A DNA stretch of 61,601 nt from Rotaria socialis (Eukaryota): NCBI GenBank assembly GCA_905331295.1, contig CAJNYD010000496.1, positions 124,001-185,601 on the forward strand, read 5' to 3'. Of the stretch, positions 1 to 13,817 are shown piece after piece; the stretch's first letter is position 1; every line of letters begins with the position of its first letter. Position numbers and translations under genes: made by a program. The notes under the pieces are model-generated. The model saw nothing but the letters and a program-made list of their open reading frames with translations, was not told the origin of the DNA and searched no databases.

Positions 1-134
1 TCATTTAAGAAAAAAACCGCAACAAAAAAAAGGGTACAAATAGAAAACAAAAACAATGGCGAAAGCATGATCATCTTTGACCAAAAGCCAATTAACAAAA
101 AGAAAGTAATTATATACAATAGAAAATATAAAGT

Positions 135-3100
135 TCATGCAAACCACATTGTGTTTTCAATCAATGGATTGAAATCGATTTTTGTCGTTAGAACATCATC
201 TAAAGTAACGACCACATTCTCATCAATCATTGCTTCGTCTAAATCCGAACTAAAATAAAAGATTTCTCTCAGATAAAATTCTAAATACTAAAAACAAAAA
301 CTTACGCAGCAATACTTCGTTGTTCATTTGCCATTTGTCCTTCATAATCCAGATTAAGACCACGTGAAACACAAAGTGTTGCATAATGAACAGGTGCTGG
401 AACAGATACAACTTTTGTACATCGAACATCCGTATGACATAAATAATATCTATTCATATTAAAAATTAGTAAGAAGAATTCCTTTGAAATATATATATTG
501 AAATTCTTACGTTAATTGCTGAATTTCATCGGATGTAAATCCAATTTCATCATATAAAACTTGATAAAGTACTGGTCTTGATGTACCTTGTATAGCTGCA
601 TGAGAATTAAGATAAAAATCGAATCCATTTGGTGAAACAATATCGGTATCAATAACTGTTCCTGAAATTTAAAAAGTGCAAAACAAAGATTAGAAGTAGA
701 AAAAAATAACACATCATCAATTCCATGCTCTTACCAGGTTGAACATTATTTGTTTGATTTGAGTTTTTATCCCAAACGAAAAAACGAGTATTGTGTCGTC
801 TTTTAACCACGACAAAACAAATTTGAGGTAGTTGGTTATGACCATATAGTTCTGCAGATAATAAAATTTCATTTTATTTATCATTATTAGTAAAAACAAC
901 AAAATAATAGTTACCTTTACATGCCAGTCGAATAGCTCGTAATTCATTGTCAAGTACCTTTTGAAATGATCCATCGTCGACACCAGCTCGATAAAAAACA
1001 AGTTTATTTGGCAAACGTGAATTATGATTAGAGAATTCGCGTAATAATTCACCAACAAGTATATGAAGATCTTTTACTATTTCAAGAGCTATTTTTCCTT
1101 TTGGTGAAAATTGTTGTACAACGCGACCAGCATATTGTGTGCCTATGAGAAAGAAAAACAAATAAACAATAGTTTTTAATTAAAATAATAGCAACAGAAT
1201 CTACAAACTTGTTGAATCTTTTGATCCAATAATAGCAGCTATTGACGGTCGTTCACGTGAACATGTTACATGAGTACAATCAATGCCAAAAAACATAAAT
1301 ACATCTGTACGAGCTGATGGTGACGTTAACGCACGCATTAATGATACAAGTTGGTTAACACCACCTAACTTTGCATTGAATTTTTGAACCAAATTCTTTT
1401 CAAAATTAATTTTATTTAATTAATAGAAAATATCGAGAAAAACATACCTGAATATACATATCCATTTTTCGATTATCACTATTTGACATTAGTCGATCAA
1501 AACGTGTACATTGAGTTACAATACCTTCAAAAAAAAATAGCAGTTATTTAAAGATAGTAAATGGTGAACGAGTTTTACAGAGATGAGCAATTAATTAAAA
1601 TATTAAAACTGAGGAACGAAGATGTAACTAAAAGTTCGAATTCAAATAAATCAGATTTGACGGAGAGCTAAGTATTTGTATTTAAAACAGGGAAGCAAAA
1701 CAAAGTTCACAAAACGCTCAAGTTCGACTGGAGAAAAATATTCATTTTTGAAGTTTAGAACACGATTGATGATCTCTATTAACATACTTCGTTAGATTAT
1801 TCAATAATTTCGGATTTCGAATAGGATATTATCATCAATAGTTGTCCTTATTCTTGTAAGAATGAATATGATACACTATTTAAGAAAACAAATCGTCTTA
1901 CCAAGTTTAACATTTCCAAAAAATTTAATAGCATGATAAATGTCATCACCAACTTGATTAAGCACATAAATAATAACTTCGCATCCACTCATTTTAAGTT
2001 CACTCATACGAGCTAAAATTGTTTGTGGTACAGCTGCATCAGATTTCTCAATAGCTGGTGAAGTAAATCGAATACCATATTTTGACATAGCCTTTAATGA
2101 AACAAGACAAAAAAAATATTTTTTATTTCGTCAACGAAAATCAGTTGTAATAAACCTGTGGAATTCTACTGGCAAAATCTCTTGCCAAACGAATTTGTCG
2201 ATTATCAGGTTCACGTTGACTAACAAGAACCACGGCCCACGTACGTATTTCACGTGCTTTAATGAAACTATTATTTAACCACCATTTACCGATTTGTACA
2301 CGTTCGACAACATCACGCTGATCACCGTTTGATGATTTATATTTAATTTCAGGTGATGGTAAAATTCTTGCAGGTACCAACATCATTTCGTTAACATCAA
2401 CAGTAATGCCAAATTTTTCAAGATATGAATCATTATTAAATCGACGTTCATCAGCAACACGTCGTATCATTCCATACCGTTCACCAGGACGAACAACCGT
2501 CTTTTTAGTAACTTTAGCACGTTGATCAGTTGTTAATGGTTTTAAACTTCGTTGCCATTCATCGACAGTAACTAATTCCATCGGTAAAAAATGTGATTGA
2601 TTTTTAATAGCTGGATTATGTAACTCAACAACTGGTAAATGAGGATAACGTAAACGAATTTTCCATTTATCGTCAAAATAATCTGCAACTGTTATTTGTT
2701 CACCTTGATCTTTAACAAATTTATGTTCGTTTGCTGGACGGCCAAAAGATTTTAAGCGATATCGACGAATTTGATTTGTATGTGATGTAACAAACCAAAG
2801 TGATTTTAAAATCTTGCGAACAAGTAATGGATAATCTTTGGATGGAACACCTACAAGTTCGATTATACGAGTAACAAATTAGAGATACAATGAAAAAGTA
2901 ACAGATAATATAGAAAACAAATAATACTGTTTATAATAATTAATTGGATCAAATTTTTTTCGCATCAATAATTGTAATTAAACGAACACAAAATCGTTTA
3001 CATCAGTTTTGAAGATGCAAAACAATTCTCTTTGACAATCAATGCAAATTCAACAATACTGATATTAGGCTTAATGAAAAAATCTACCGGCTAGACTCCT

Positions 3101-5017
3101 ACGTACAGATCTTATTGAAAAAGATTTATGAAAAATTCAGAAAATTTTATTTTACGAATTGATCTCTTATATCTTATCTAACAATTTAGTATATTAATCA
3201 CTATTATTATTTCTGTTTGTTTTCTAGTTTAGTCTTTTTTTTTCATAAATACTCACCCTGTTTTCGTATATCATGATTCAAATAACAGGAAAGAAATTCA
3301 ACTAAATTATAATTTTGATAAAAACAACAAAATGTATTATTAATATTTAATGTAGGGCCACGTTCACCAAGTACAACAGCTTGATAAAATCCTGATGCTA
3401 ACCCACGTCCATCACCTAAAAAACAAATCCGAAAATGAATAGATTCTTAAAAAAAGAATGGAAGCTTCTGTTCTACCAAGATCATCTAATCGTTGATGTT
3501 TTGGATAAGATTGATTTTTAATAGTTATCATTTCTGATCGTTGTGTTTGCTTAAATAATGTTTCAAGTATTCGAACAGGATCATGTGGTCGTATTGAAAT
3601 TCTTTTTTGCATAAAATCAAAAATAGTTTTTAATTCATAAGTTTTAACAAGATTAATGATTAAAAAACGAAATTTGTTTGTTCGTTCAGTTTTTTTATGA
3701 GTAACTTCACAATGATATTCTTTTTTAAAATTTAATGATAAATTTTCAATAGCATAAAGATTTTTGCCTTCATCATACCAAACAAGTGGAAAATGCTCTT
3801 GTTCAATTATTTTTTGAATAACTTGGAAACGTTCATCTTTTTTACACGAACGCCATGAACCGTCACGAAGTAACAGCTCAACATCGACATCAAATTGATA
3901 TAAAATAATTTCATTCGTTTGTTTAGAAAAATCTATTCGAAAATGATTTGAATAAAGTTCAATTCGTTGGCCAGCTAAAATAGAAGAAAAGAAAAATTAT
4001 TTCAATAAAGAAAAATAAGTCAACTACCGTGTCCTGGTTGTGATGGTCTTTTGATAATTGTTGTTAATTGTGAATTAGGAACAGCTGAACGAATTATTGG
4101 ACGAACAAATGAACGTGAACGTTTTTTAGTATCACTTCCAGCATCAGATGTAGCTTTTGGTGCAACATAATATGAACCATTATCCATATGTCCATTATGA
4201 GATGGTTTTTCGTCGATTATTCCACTCGACGATAATGAACGACGTTGAGAATAATCTGATGAAATTTCATCAATACGACTTGTACGAGCTAAGAAAAAAT
4301 ATTTTCATACAAATTTGTTGTATTAATTTTAAATCACTACTTTCATCTATTCATTTTATCTCAAATGAGAGAAATGTTATCATCGAGTTTACGGAAGATA
4401 TTCACTGAATAGATTTCGAATACAATAAATGTGAAATATATTTTAATAGTATTTATCGAATTCTGTAATCGTTTAGAATTCAATTTTGATGTGATTCTAG
4501 GAAATATGAACTTTTCAACTTCAATTCAATACAATTAATTTATGACTGTCTAATTAAATTTAAAAATATTCATCGGTGACTAGTACCCATGTATTTTTCA
4601 TCGTCGATCTCTTTTATTTCAAGATGACAAATGAATTTCGATATTAACAGTTTTTTTGCTTTGAATAATGTATTGTCAGTGAGTTTCTCTATAATTAGAC
4701 AATTATTTATTTTAACAAATAGAATTTATTTCTGTGGGTAATATTTTCTCGTATTTAGCCTAACAATTAAATATTATCTATTTAAAATAACAGATAATAA
4801 TCACTTGAAAAACCACTGTCCAATCATTCATTCATATATAATACTTTCTACTATGAAGAATAATGAAATAAGATTTGTATAATTTCTTACCACGTTTAGA
4901 AGAATGATAATTTCGATCATTATCATCTATTAAAAGTATAAAATATAAATGTTTTTTGTTAGTTAAATTAAAAATATAAATACCCTCTGGATGATCTCGG
5001 CCTTTATTCGACGCCAT
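135..5017 (-). CDS. Argonaute-family protein (N, L1, PAZ, MID, PIWI), about 14 exons, divergent; slicer tetrad degenerate
   Basis: Spliced translation gives [12 protein letters not shown] (N), [22 protein letters not shown] (L1), [22 protein letters not shown] (PAZ), [18 protein letters not shown] (MID), [43 protein letters not shown] and terminal NTMWFA* (stop 135-137). ATG at 5015-5017; approximate exons 5017-4984, 4926-4891, 4289-4029, 3974-3478, 3415-3258, 2851-2157, 2091-1902, 1525-1449, 1395-1208, 1143-916, 854-736, 661-511, 449-306, 249-135. Confidence 0.95.
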
Positions 5018-6789
5018 TGATCGTGAATACGAAGTTATTAGTTTACAAAACTAAAAATAAATTAAACATATCTTTATCAGAAATCAAAATATTCGTCCAT
5101 CTCTCACTTAAAAAGAATTGAAATGTATGCTAGGTCGTCTGTCGATTAAAATGAACTAGTATCGATTATCTGACCTATAAGAACATCCGAGACGGACGAG
5201 CGAACAGATATAGATAAAGAATCGTCAGTCTCGAACAATGGTAAGTGAAACATTTCTATGTTATACATAAGATAAAAACTGGGTAAAATTCAACGATTAT
5301 CCCGAGAAAATGTATATCGAGATATTTATCTCTTTCTTTCGTTCGATTTATTTAAACTGAGAACAATTTAGATTTGCCTAGGCTATAAATAACATCAGTT
5401 ATTTTCAACAGTTAGAATAGAGAATAGATCAAATGAATCGTTCTTTGTATCGAATACACTGGGTCATTTTTGGATATCAAAGCAAAATGCAAATTTTATT
5501 TATTACAAAAAAAATAAACAAAAAACTTTTGATGATTTTCTTTCTAATGAAATTTTTTTAGAAAATATATTTAATAATATAATGAATCTCTTTTTGAGAG
5601 AATCTAAAATGGTTTCAACTTTCAAAAAAGAAAAATTTTATTCTAAACAATTAACAATACGTTAAAAGAGAAATATATCATCGAACTATTTTAGGAGCAA
5701 TTATATTCTTGAATTGATAATTATCATCATTTGATAAAATCAGTAAATGAATTACACTAAAATGATTATTAAATATTTGTCAACGTTTGCAACAACAGAC
5801 ATGCATGGCATTTGAATCGAATTCAATTTTGTCTATTGAAGATATGAAATAAACATTTTCGATTGTGTACGATCTCTTTGAATCGATCAATAATCAATGT
5901 TTTTATTGCATTTTAGAAAAAGAAAACTTGAAAGGAGACCGATATGTTATTTGCTTTTTTTCTAATATAAAACTAAAATAAATGCAAGCCGATTGAGAAT
6001 ATATTAAATGTAAAATTACAAATACCGATGAGAAATATGAGAACATAATAAATTTGAAATAAAAACGATATTTAATTAAGCATCTTTTTTCTCTGAATTA
6101 TTGTTGAAAATAGTTAAATAGAAGCTTTTAGATAAGTTTAGTAAATCTCTCTATACATATTTAACGGATGCCAGCATGATTTGATTCAAACGAATTTGCT
6201 GTTTTAGTAGAATAGCGCATGTAATCTTATAATTTAAGATACATGTTGTGCGAAAAATCATTATCTCTCAAATCTTGTGCCTTTATATATTATAAATTTT
6301 ATGAATAAATTCTGTCGTATGTAAACTATATATATATATGAGTACAATTCATAAGATTTCAGATATGAAGATTGCTTTTATCGATGAACTTTATCTATAA
6401 TGAATTATGCATTGGTTTAGCTTTCTATTACAATGTTGAATTTATAAAGGCAATGTTTAGAAGCACTTCTGAATAGCTAAAAAAAAAATCATTATTTGCT
6501 ATACGGCGTTCTTAAATATTCGTTAAGAGAACGAGAAAATCTCACCTTCGTACTTTGAAACTATGCGAGGATGAAAAAGTACGGTTAATATTCTCTTGAT
6601 ATTTTGGTCATTTAAAAAGAACTCAAAAAGTAAATGTAAATATTTATCTTCATTCATTTCATGTGTCGCATCGTTTTCTTTGCGTTTTATAAAAGCTTCA
6701 TACAAAATAAAATAACAAATAATAGAATTTTCGCTGCATTGTCATATATTTTGTTTCTATTATAGTTTATTTAAAGATACATTTGAAAC

Positions 6790-8329
6790 ATGGCTCGAAA
6801 ACTTCAGCTTTTAGCAATTATTACTAGTATTTTAATAGGTATTTTTGCATATTTATATCATGTACCAAATAGTGAAGGTGTTCCACAAATGGATCGTATT
6901 CGTTTACTTAGTGCTTCAATGAAAATCATTAGTTTTGTTGTAAGTAGAATTGTTTTCAGTTGTTGTTTCTTACTTGTTATCTTTTTATTCATTCTTGTTT
7001 ATTCTATGCAGGGTCTAGTATCTGAAACATTTGGTTTTGCTCCAGCATGGTACGTGCAACGTAATAGTGGTGTAATCTTAAAGAAATTGAAACCAACTGA
7101 AGTTAATGTTAATTTGAAAGTATTGGAGAAAATCTTATTTTCCATTTTTTTGATAGAACTTTTGTATTTTTTAAAAGATAGAAGATACAACAATTGATGG
7201 TGTACCTGTTCGTATCTACTCTCCACTTGATTTAAAAGATGATAAGGCAAAATTGTTTCCAGCAATTATTTTTTTTCATGGAGGAGCATTTTATATGGGT
7301 TCAATTGGTTAGTATACTTTAATTTATCTAAAATTTCAATTACTTTGTATAATTTATTATCGTAGAAACTCATCATTCAGTAACACGTGAATTAGCTCTT
7401 CAAACGCGTTTTATTGTCATTTCTGTTGGGTAAGTTTTGATTAATATTTATCGAAATGTTTGAATAACTTTTAAAATTTCATGTAAAGATATCGTCTTGC
7501 GCCTGAACATCCTTTTCCAGCTGGACTTGATGATTGTATTAAAGTAACTCAATATGTTCTCGATACAAATAGTGCAGAGAAATTAAATATTGATTCAAAA
7601 CGTGTTGCTATTTCAGGCGACTCAGCTGGTATGAATCATTTACGTTGCTTTTTGTTTTCAAAATCTACTTTTATAACTTTTCTTATTAATCTATTCTTAG
7701 GTGGAAATCTAGCTGCTGTTACTGCAATGCGATTCGCCAATAATTCAAATACTCCTCGTCTCCAAATGTTAATATATCCTGTCCTTCAATTCTTTGATTT
7801 TATGGTTCCTTCATATCTAACACCTGCATTACATATTTTTCATTTTGGAAGAGGTGGTCTCGTTCTTGAATTATACATAAACAAAAGTATCAGTGAGGAT
7901 ATAATTCTTAATAATCATACTAGTATTGAACAAAAAAACCAATATCGTCGATTTGTTGATTGGTCATTAATTCCAAATGAATATCGACAAATATACAAAA
8001 AACCAATAACTGATAATATCGATGGCAATCCTAAACTTATAGAAAATGCAAAACAAGTATTACATCCAGATCTATCACCATTGTTAGTTGAAAATGAAGA
8101 ATTATCAAAATTACCATCAACATATATACTTACAGTTGATCATGATCGATTAAGAGATGAAAGTTTTATATACGCAGCTCGTTTGAAAACTAATGGAGTC
8201 GATGTAGTACATCGTCATTATGAAAATACTTTTCATGGATCACTAACTTTCTTAGATGGATTATTTGAGTTAGATATTGCTCATCGAATGCTCAATGATA
8301 TTGTTGAATATCTCAAAGAGAAGCTTTAA
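6790..8329 (+). CDS. Arylacetamide deacetylase / neutral cholesterol ester hydrolase-like GDXG alpha/beta hydrolase, 6 exons
   Basis: N-terminal signal anchor LLAIITSILIGIFAYLY, oxyanion FFHGGAF, YRLAPEHPFPA, nucleophile GDSAG|G split by intron 7629-7700, DHDRLRDE and FHG catalytic motifs. Approximate exons 6790-6939, 7012-7119, 7182-7308, 7367-7429, 7490-7628, 7701-8329. Confidence 0.93.
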
Positions 8330-10042
8330 ACATCTAATTTCATATTTTATTTCAAGTGTTACTCATACATTTCATATTTTATGATTCTTGAATAAAACAA
8401 AGCTATTGACGAATCGAGAGAGATAAAAAAAAGACCAACGTTTCATTTTCATTACTATAATAATATATTATGATTGAAATTCAACTAAGATTTGAAAATG
8501 GACCAGAAGTCGATTGTATATCAGAAGATCATAAATCAATATCTATAAAAAAAAGGTTATTAATTAAAGTGCAAAATAAATTTGATATAACTTTGTCTTA
8601 ATCAAATAAATAGGTCAGTTTTTTTTATTAGTGACAGAAGTGGATTTAGACGAATCATTTTTGTTACACAACCCTATAACGAAATATTATTATTTTTAAT
8701 CTGATGAAATAATTTTCACCTCTTTTCAAATAAGAAAAGTTCATCTGAACAAAATCAAGTCAGAATCAATATTTGCAACATCTAACTACTGTTCTGTATA
8801 CGACAGTTTTTGTCTAAAAAACGATTATGAATGTCTCAATTTGCAACCAATTGTAGGACATAAAATGGAATTAATTATTTAGAGTTGTTGAATTGAGATT
8901 ACAAGATTGAGTTTTGATATCTCTTTTGGTAGGATTGTGCAGTTGAATTCTGAAACAATGCTATTTCAGTATATCTCGAATTGTCTGTCACATTTGATTT
9001 TTTTAAAAATTGATATCTATTATTATTAATTTTCAGTTTCTACGTGCTAAGCATTGCTGCTACTTTGTAGATATTTTTATATTCACGTAATCTAGACTTG
9101 AGCATTAAAAGTAGAAACAAAACTAATCAAATATTCCTACATTAAAAAGTCAAATGATGTCGAGAATTCATTTGCAAAAATAAGAAAAATGAAGTTCGGA
9201 TGCTAATTGGTTTTTTGCAATAAAGATACCTCTCGTATATTCTACTTTTTATTTTCATTTATAGGTTGTCGAAACCAAACATCTGATTTCAATTACAACT
9301 AACTGTCAAACTATGAGACTATCTTTATTGTTCGCAAAGATACATTCGATTTTTGAATAATAATCGTTGTGTTTATTCACCTTGTATTGTTTATTATTAT
9401 TCTGTTTCTTTGTAATATCGTTCATAGAGCACTGTTTATTGAAATGCAGAAATTGTTTAGAAGCAAATTATTGGTGAAAATTTATCGATTTTCCGATGCA
9501 ATACAATAAATCGTTGAGTGGTAAACAGTCTTAATTAGTTTCTTTTCAAGTTGTCGATTGCAGTTTGAATATATCATAATATTATTTATGAAATATACTC
9601 TAAATTTTATGTCAAACTTTTGAGAACTAAATTATTTAGATATTTCATCATGAATATTAATTGTTGAAGATTTTTGATTCCATCTATATGTATATGTCGC
9701 AATAATATTAGGTTCGCTCAATTATATCTGCAAATGTTTTTTTTTAGAAAAAAAAGCTGAAAAGCTATCTGATAATGTTAGATACATTTTAAAACATATT
9801 TAGTTACTTACTTAAAAATAGGTCGTATATATTTCGTCAAGAATTGAAAATTCATTTAGTTTGCGTATGAAACAATACTACATACATAGTAAGATCTGTA
9901 TTTCCCTGCTAATTTCATTTATTCAACTTTCTGCAATGTGCTCATTACTGATCAAACGATATTTGAGCACACTGGCACTTCCCTTTGCAAAACATAATAA
10001 ATCGAATCAATAGATAAAAGTTCAACTAAAAATGATTTCTAT

Positions 10043-11272
10043 TTAAATTCGCCAATCGATTTTATTTGAATCTTGATTTTTTTGTGCTGCTCTATTTCTT
10101 AATAGATATTCTTGTTCATGTTGAAATGTTGGATTTTGCATCAGTTGTTCTTGTCCAGCAGCACTCATTTTTTCATATGCCTGAGGATCAATCTTAACAA
10201 CGGGTAAACGAACAAGTTCAACTTCAATAAGTGCACGTGGCTTAGAATAAGAAACGATTATATTATGTGGAGTTGGTGGTGTTTGAAGAGCTTCAGGGGG
10301 TAGAGAATGTTTAATAATTCGTTTTGGTGCAGGTTTGTATGGTAACCATTGTTCAACAACAATAGGACCTTCGATATATATAAATGAATCCAATATAAAA
10401 AATTTAGAAAAGAAATAACATACGCGGTTTAGGCGGCAAATCGGGATAACGATGAATGATGATCTACGAAAGGATGCAAAATAATTTATTATTTTCACAA
10501 TAAGATACAAGCTATAACCTGTTGCTGTGGTTGTTTCGGTGGTGGAATATATTTATTGTAAATAATTGGTTCGGCTGGTTCAGCTGGTGGAGCTGGTGGT
10601 GGTTGAGTTTTAATAACTATTGGTGAGGGGGTTCGAGGCTCACGTTGACCTATACGAACATGAATTGGTGGTTTTGAAATTTGTGGTTTAATTAAAACTT
10701 CTTGAACTTGAATCTCAACAGGGTGCGGAGTTGGTGGTTGTAATTGACGTAGATAAACCTTTTGTTTATATACTTGTTCTTGGCTTTCACGTTCTTCATA
10801 AATAGGATTTGGATCCAAATTTAATTCTGTCATTGAATCACCGAGATCAGTTAACTAGAACATAAAATAACGTATTCAAATGAAAACTGAAAAAAAACGA
10901 AGTTTTCGTTACTCGTTCTCTTGCTGCATGATTTCCTATTTCTTCATCACTGCTCGCACTTTTTCTTTCAGATCGTTGTGGATCGATCTTACTTGAAGTT
11001 GCTGTATCAGATGGATACGGTCGAAAAGCTGAGACATTTTCATACTCTCGGAAGCCGCGAGGATTTGTATTGATTTCCACTTGAGCTTTTGTTAAATCAA
11101 TTGGTTGTCCATGAGCCTTTCCATGTTTAGTTAAAATATCTGTAACATAATTTGTAATTGAACTTTTCTTAGTTGTACTTTGAGATGATTTTCCTTGCTG
11201 TTCATCTGAAGATGATGTTTCATCATTGAAATCAGATGACGAAAGATCAGTAGGAGTGGCCTTTTTGGCCAT
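10043..11272 (-). CDS. Proline/Ile/Val-rich protein of unknown function, 4 exons
   Basis: Exons 11272-10913, 10854-10519, 10463-10424, 10368-10043 splice in frame with GT-AG ends: ...LNLDPNPI...YLRQLQPPTP...PRTPSPIVIK...IIIHRYPDLPPKPRPIVVEQWLPYK...DPQAY. Confidence 0.85.
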
Positions 11273-12271
11273 TGTTTCACGAAATATATATTCTGAAGGT
11301 TGTTATGCGTTTTCTAGTTGCTTACAAAATACGTAAATGAAGAAGTATATGATGACGTGGATATGAGTCCTTGTTATGCATAACTATCAACAACCAATCA
11401 TGCAGACAACGACGTCTTGCTTTTTTTTTACCTTCGCATCATTGTCTGTCGTTACATTTTTTACTTTTCTACTTCTTTTATATGAATAACTAACGTTACC
11501 TAATCATTCATGCGCGAATCATGTTACACATAGGAATGCTTTTAGTGAGAAATAACCCATCATAAAAAAAAAATGTTTTTCAATAGATAAATAATTATCT
11601 TATTAAGGCTGCCGACCTATGGATTTTCGATCATTATTTTCATCAATTTGACCACAATTGATCACCCTTGATTTTCATATACTAATTTTGCAGACTATCC
11701 AAAAGAGTTACTCTACTTTTCCGTAATGATGTTAAAGGAAGATGATACTGTCTTGAACATTTACACGTTGACTTATTAATACATGACTGCACTTCGCTGC
11801 GGTGGCATACATTTTGTAATCTCACCAAATAGAAAATCTAAAAACTAGGATGTAAAACTCTTTGTTTTATACAGAACCTAATCGATTTTTATAATCTTAT
11901 GTTGAGTGAAAAAACGATTTGAAGTTTCAAAAATATCAACAGGTAAATTTTCTTGTTTGTATTATATCCTGTTTGAGATTTCACTTGGTGTTACATCAAA
12001 CGTATTTGTTTAAAGCGTTTTCGGTCTTCAGAACACTTGACACGAAATTTTTTGATTTCTCTAATGAAAGTACCATTCTCACTAATAAGAAATCTGAAAT
12101 TGAATTTTTTTACTCCGTAATCAAAACGGAACATTTTGCCTGTATCCAAAACAAAAGGAAAGTTACTTATAGTCTTCCTCATTACTGTTGGATGACAATG
12201 TAACTTCTTATAAGAGAGAGAGAGAGAGAGAGAGAAACAAGAGCCCAGGATCAAGAAAACGACCTCGTAAA

Positions 12272-12310
12272 CAGGGTCGCCAAACCTCCGGATTTAGTCA
12301 GGAGAATCCT
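12272..12310 (+). mobile_element. Isolated hAT-like terminal sequence
   Basis: CAGGGTCGCCA closely matches the CAGGGTTGCCA terminus at 61451; no partner end found. Confidence 0.3.
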
Positions 12311-13165
12311 GCTTTTACAATTTGTTTTCATTGATTGATCTAAACTAAGATTATTACTGTAATAAAACAATGCTACGTTAACAACTTATATACTATAAAG
12401 AAAAAAAACTTCTTTCGAAAGTTATCGAGCTTTTTATATTGGAAATAGATACGATCGGTATAGTACCAAATTTATTAGAGGAAAATTTTTTATCACAACC
12501 TTTACTACCTGTGGAAAGTTCTGATTCTGGTTCACTAAAACAAAATTCAAACGGCTGTGAAATGCTGAGTAGTGTAGAATACATCTAATTATCTTAGTTT
12601 TATTTTATGCAACATTTAGATAACAATGTGCTTCAAGAAAAAGCAATCTTTCGGAAACAAATTAAAAAAATACTTACAAAAATTTTTAAAGATTGAAAAA
12701 TGTCAATGCATTGTGAGACAACCAAGCTTTTCAGTCTTCTACTCAAAGTTCGGTGCTCATAAACAGATGATCATATCTTTTCTAATGTTATCGATTGAGC
12801 ATAGTCACCATGCTTTTCGACTTCAACTCTATAATTGATAAAGCAAATTCTGTCTAATGGATAGAAAGAAAACTGTGGAATAAAGCTATTAACACGCAGT
12901 GAAATCTGTGAATGAATGCTATTTTGAAGAATAAATCAGATATATTTATTGGAACAAATTTTCATTGAAGATATTATTAAGACTGAATCCAACTGTAGTC
13001 CTTCGTATAGCTGTTAGAAATAATTCTAAATAAAATAGATCAATAGATATTTTTTTGTAGAGACTAAATACATCTCTAAACAAAATAAACTCATGTTTAT
13101 TCCGCATGTCTTTTTTCAATTCATGTCCAAATCGATCAGATTTCTACATTTCATTTTTTGGTTTA

Positions 13166-13817
13166 CCCCACATTCGTCCCATAATTCGTCCCATGAAATT
13201 AGTCCCGTATTTTTTAACCTTATTCGTCCCAGTTAAAAATTATTTGATTCTTAACTCGTCCCATGTGACAACATTAATACTAATTGTTCCATTCTACAAG
13301 AGGCTTGACTTATCAATTAAAACTAAATTGAAGATCGTAACAGGGTTCATCTATGTATAATATAATCACGCAATAGAATAGAAAATGGCCTGGAAACGAT
13401 CGGAAATTCTAATATGTACTACTAGAACACTCTTAACGGTGACATCTCACTATTATTTTTGATAAATTGGTGGATCAAGCTATGCGATACATAAAATCAA
13501 AGACAAAAGGATATGATAATTTTTATACATAACTTGATCTCATTTTTGTGGTATGCTTCGATTTACAACTAGTGAACGAAATCAGCAAGTACTAAATTAT
13601 TTGGATTTTCAATATACTGTGAAGCGAAGGGTGTGGGTGTGTTTATCTCTTCTCTATTTTCTTATTGGATGATAATTAATAAAATATAACCAGACTTTCT
13701 CTCATGTTAATTGATATTCTCATATAGAATGGGACGAGTTAAGAATCAAATAATTTTTAACTGGGACGAATTGGGGTAAAAAAATATGGGACTAATTTCG
13801 TGGGACGAATGTGGGGG
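13166..13817. mobile_element. Non-autonomous foldback element/MITE with about 90-100 bp TIRs
   Basis: 13166-13264 (ccccacattcgtccca...gttaaaaattatttgattcttaactcgtcccat) is the near reverse complement of 13729-13817. TIRs are built from TCGTCCCA subrepeats; no internal coding capacity. Confidence 0.85.

Noticed and set aside
6790..8329. Esterase as a bacterial horizontal transfer
   Set aside because: Signal anchor, five introns and AADAC-type motifs fit an ordinary animal gene.
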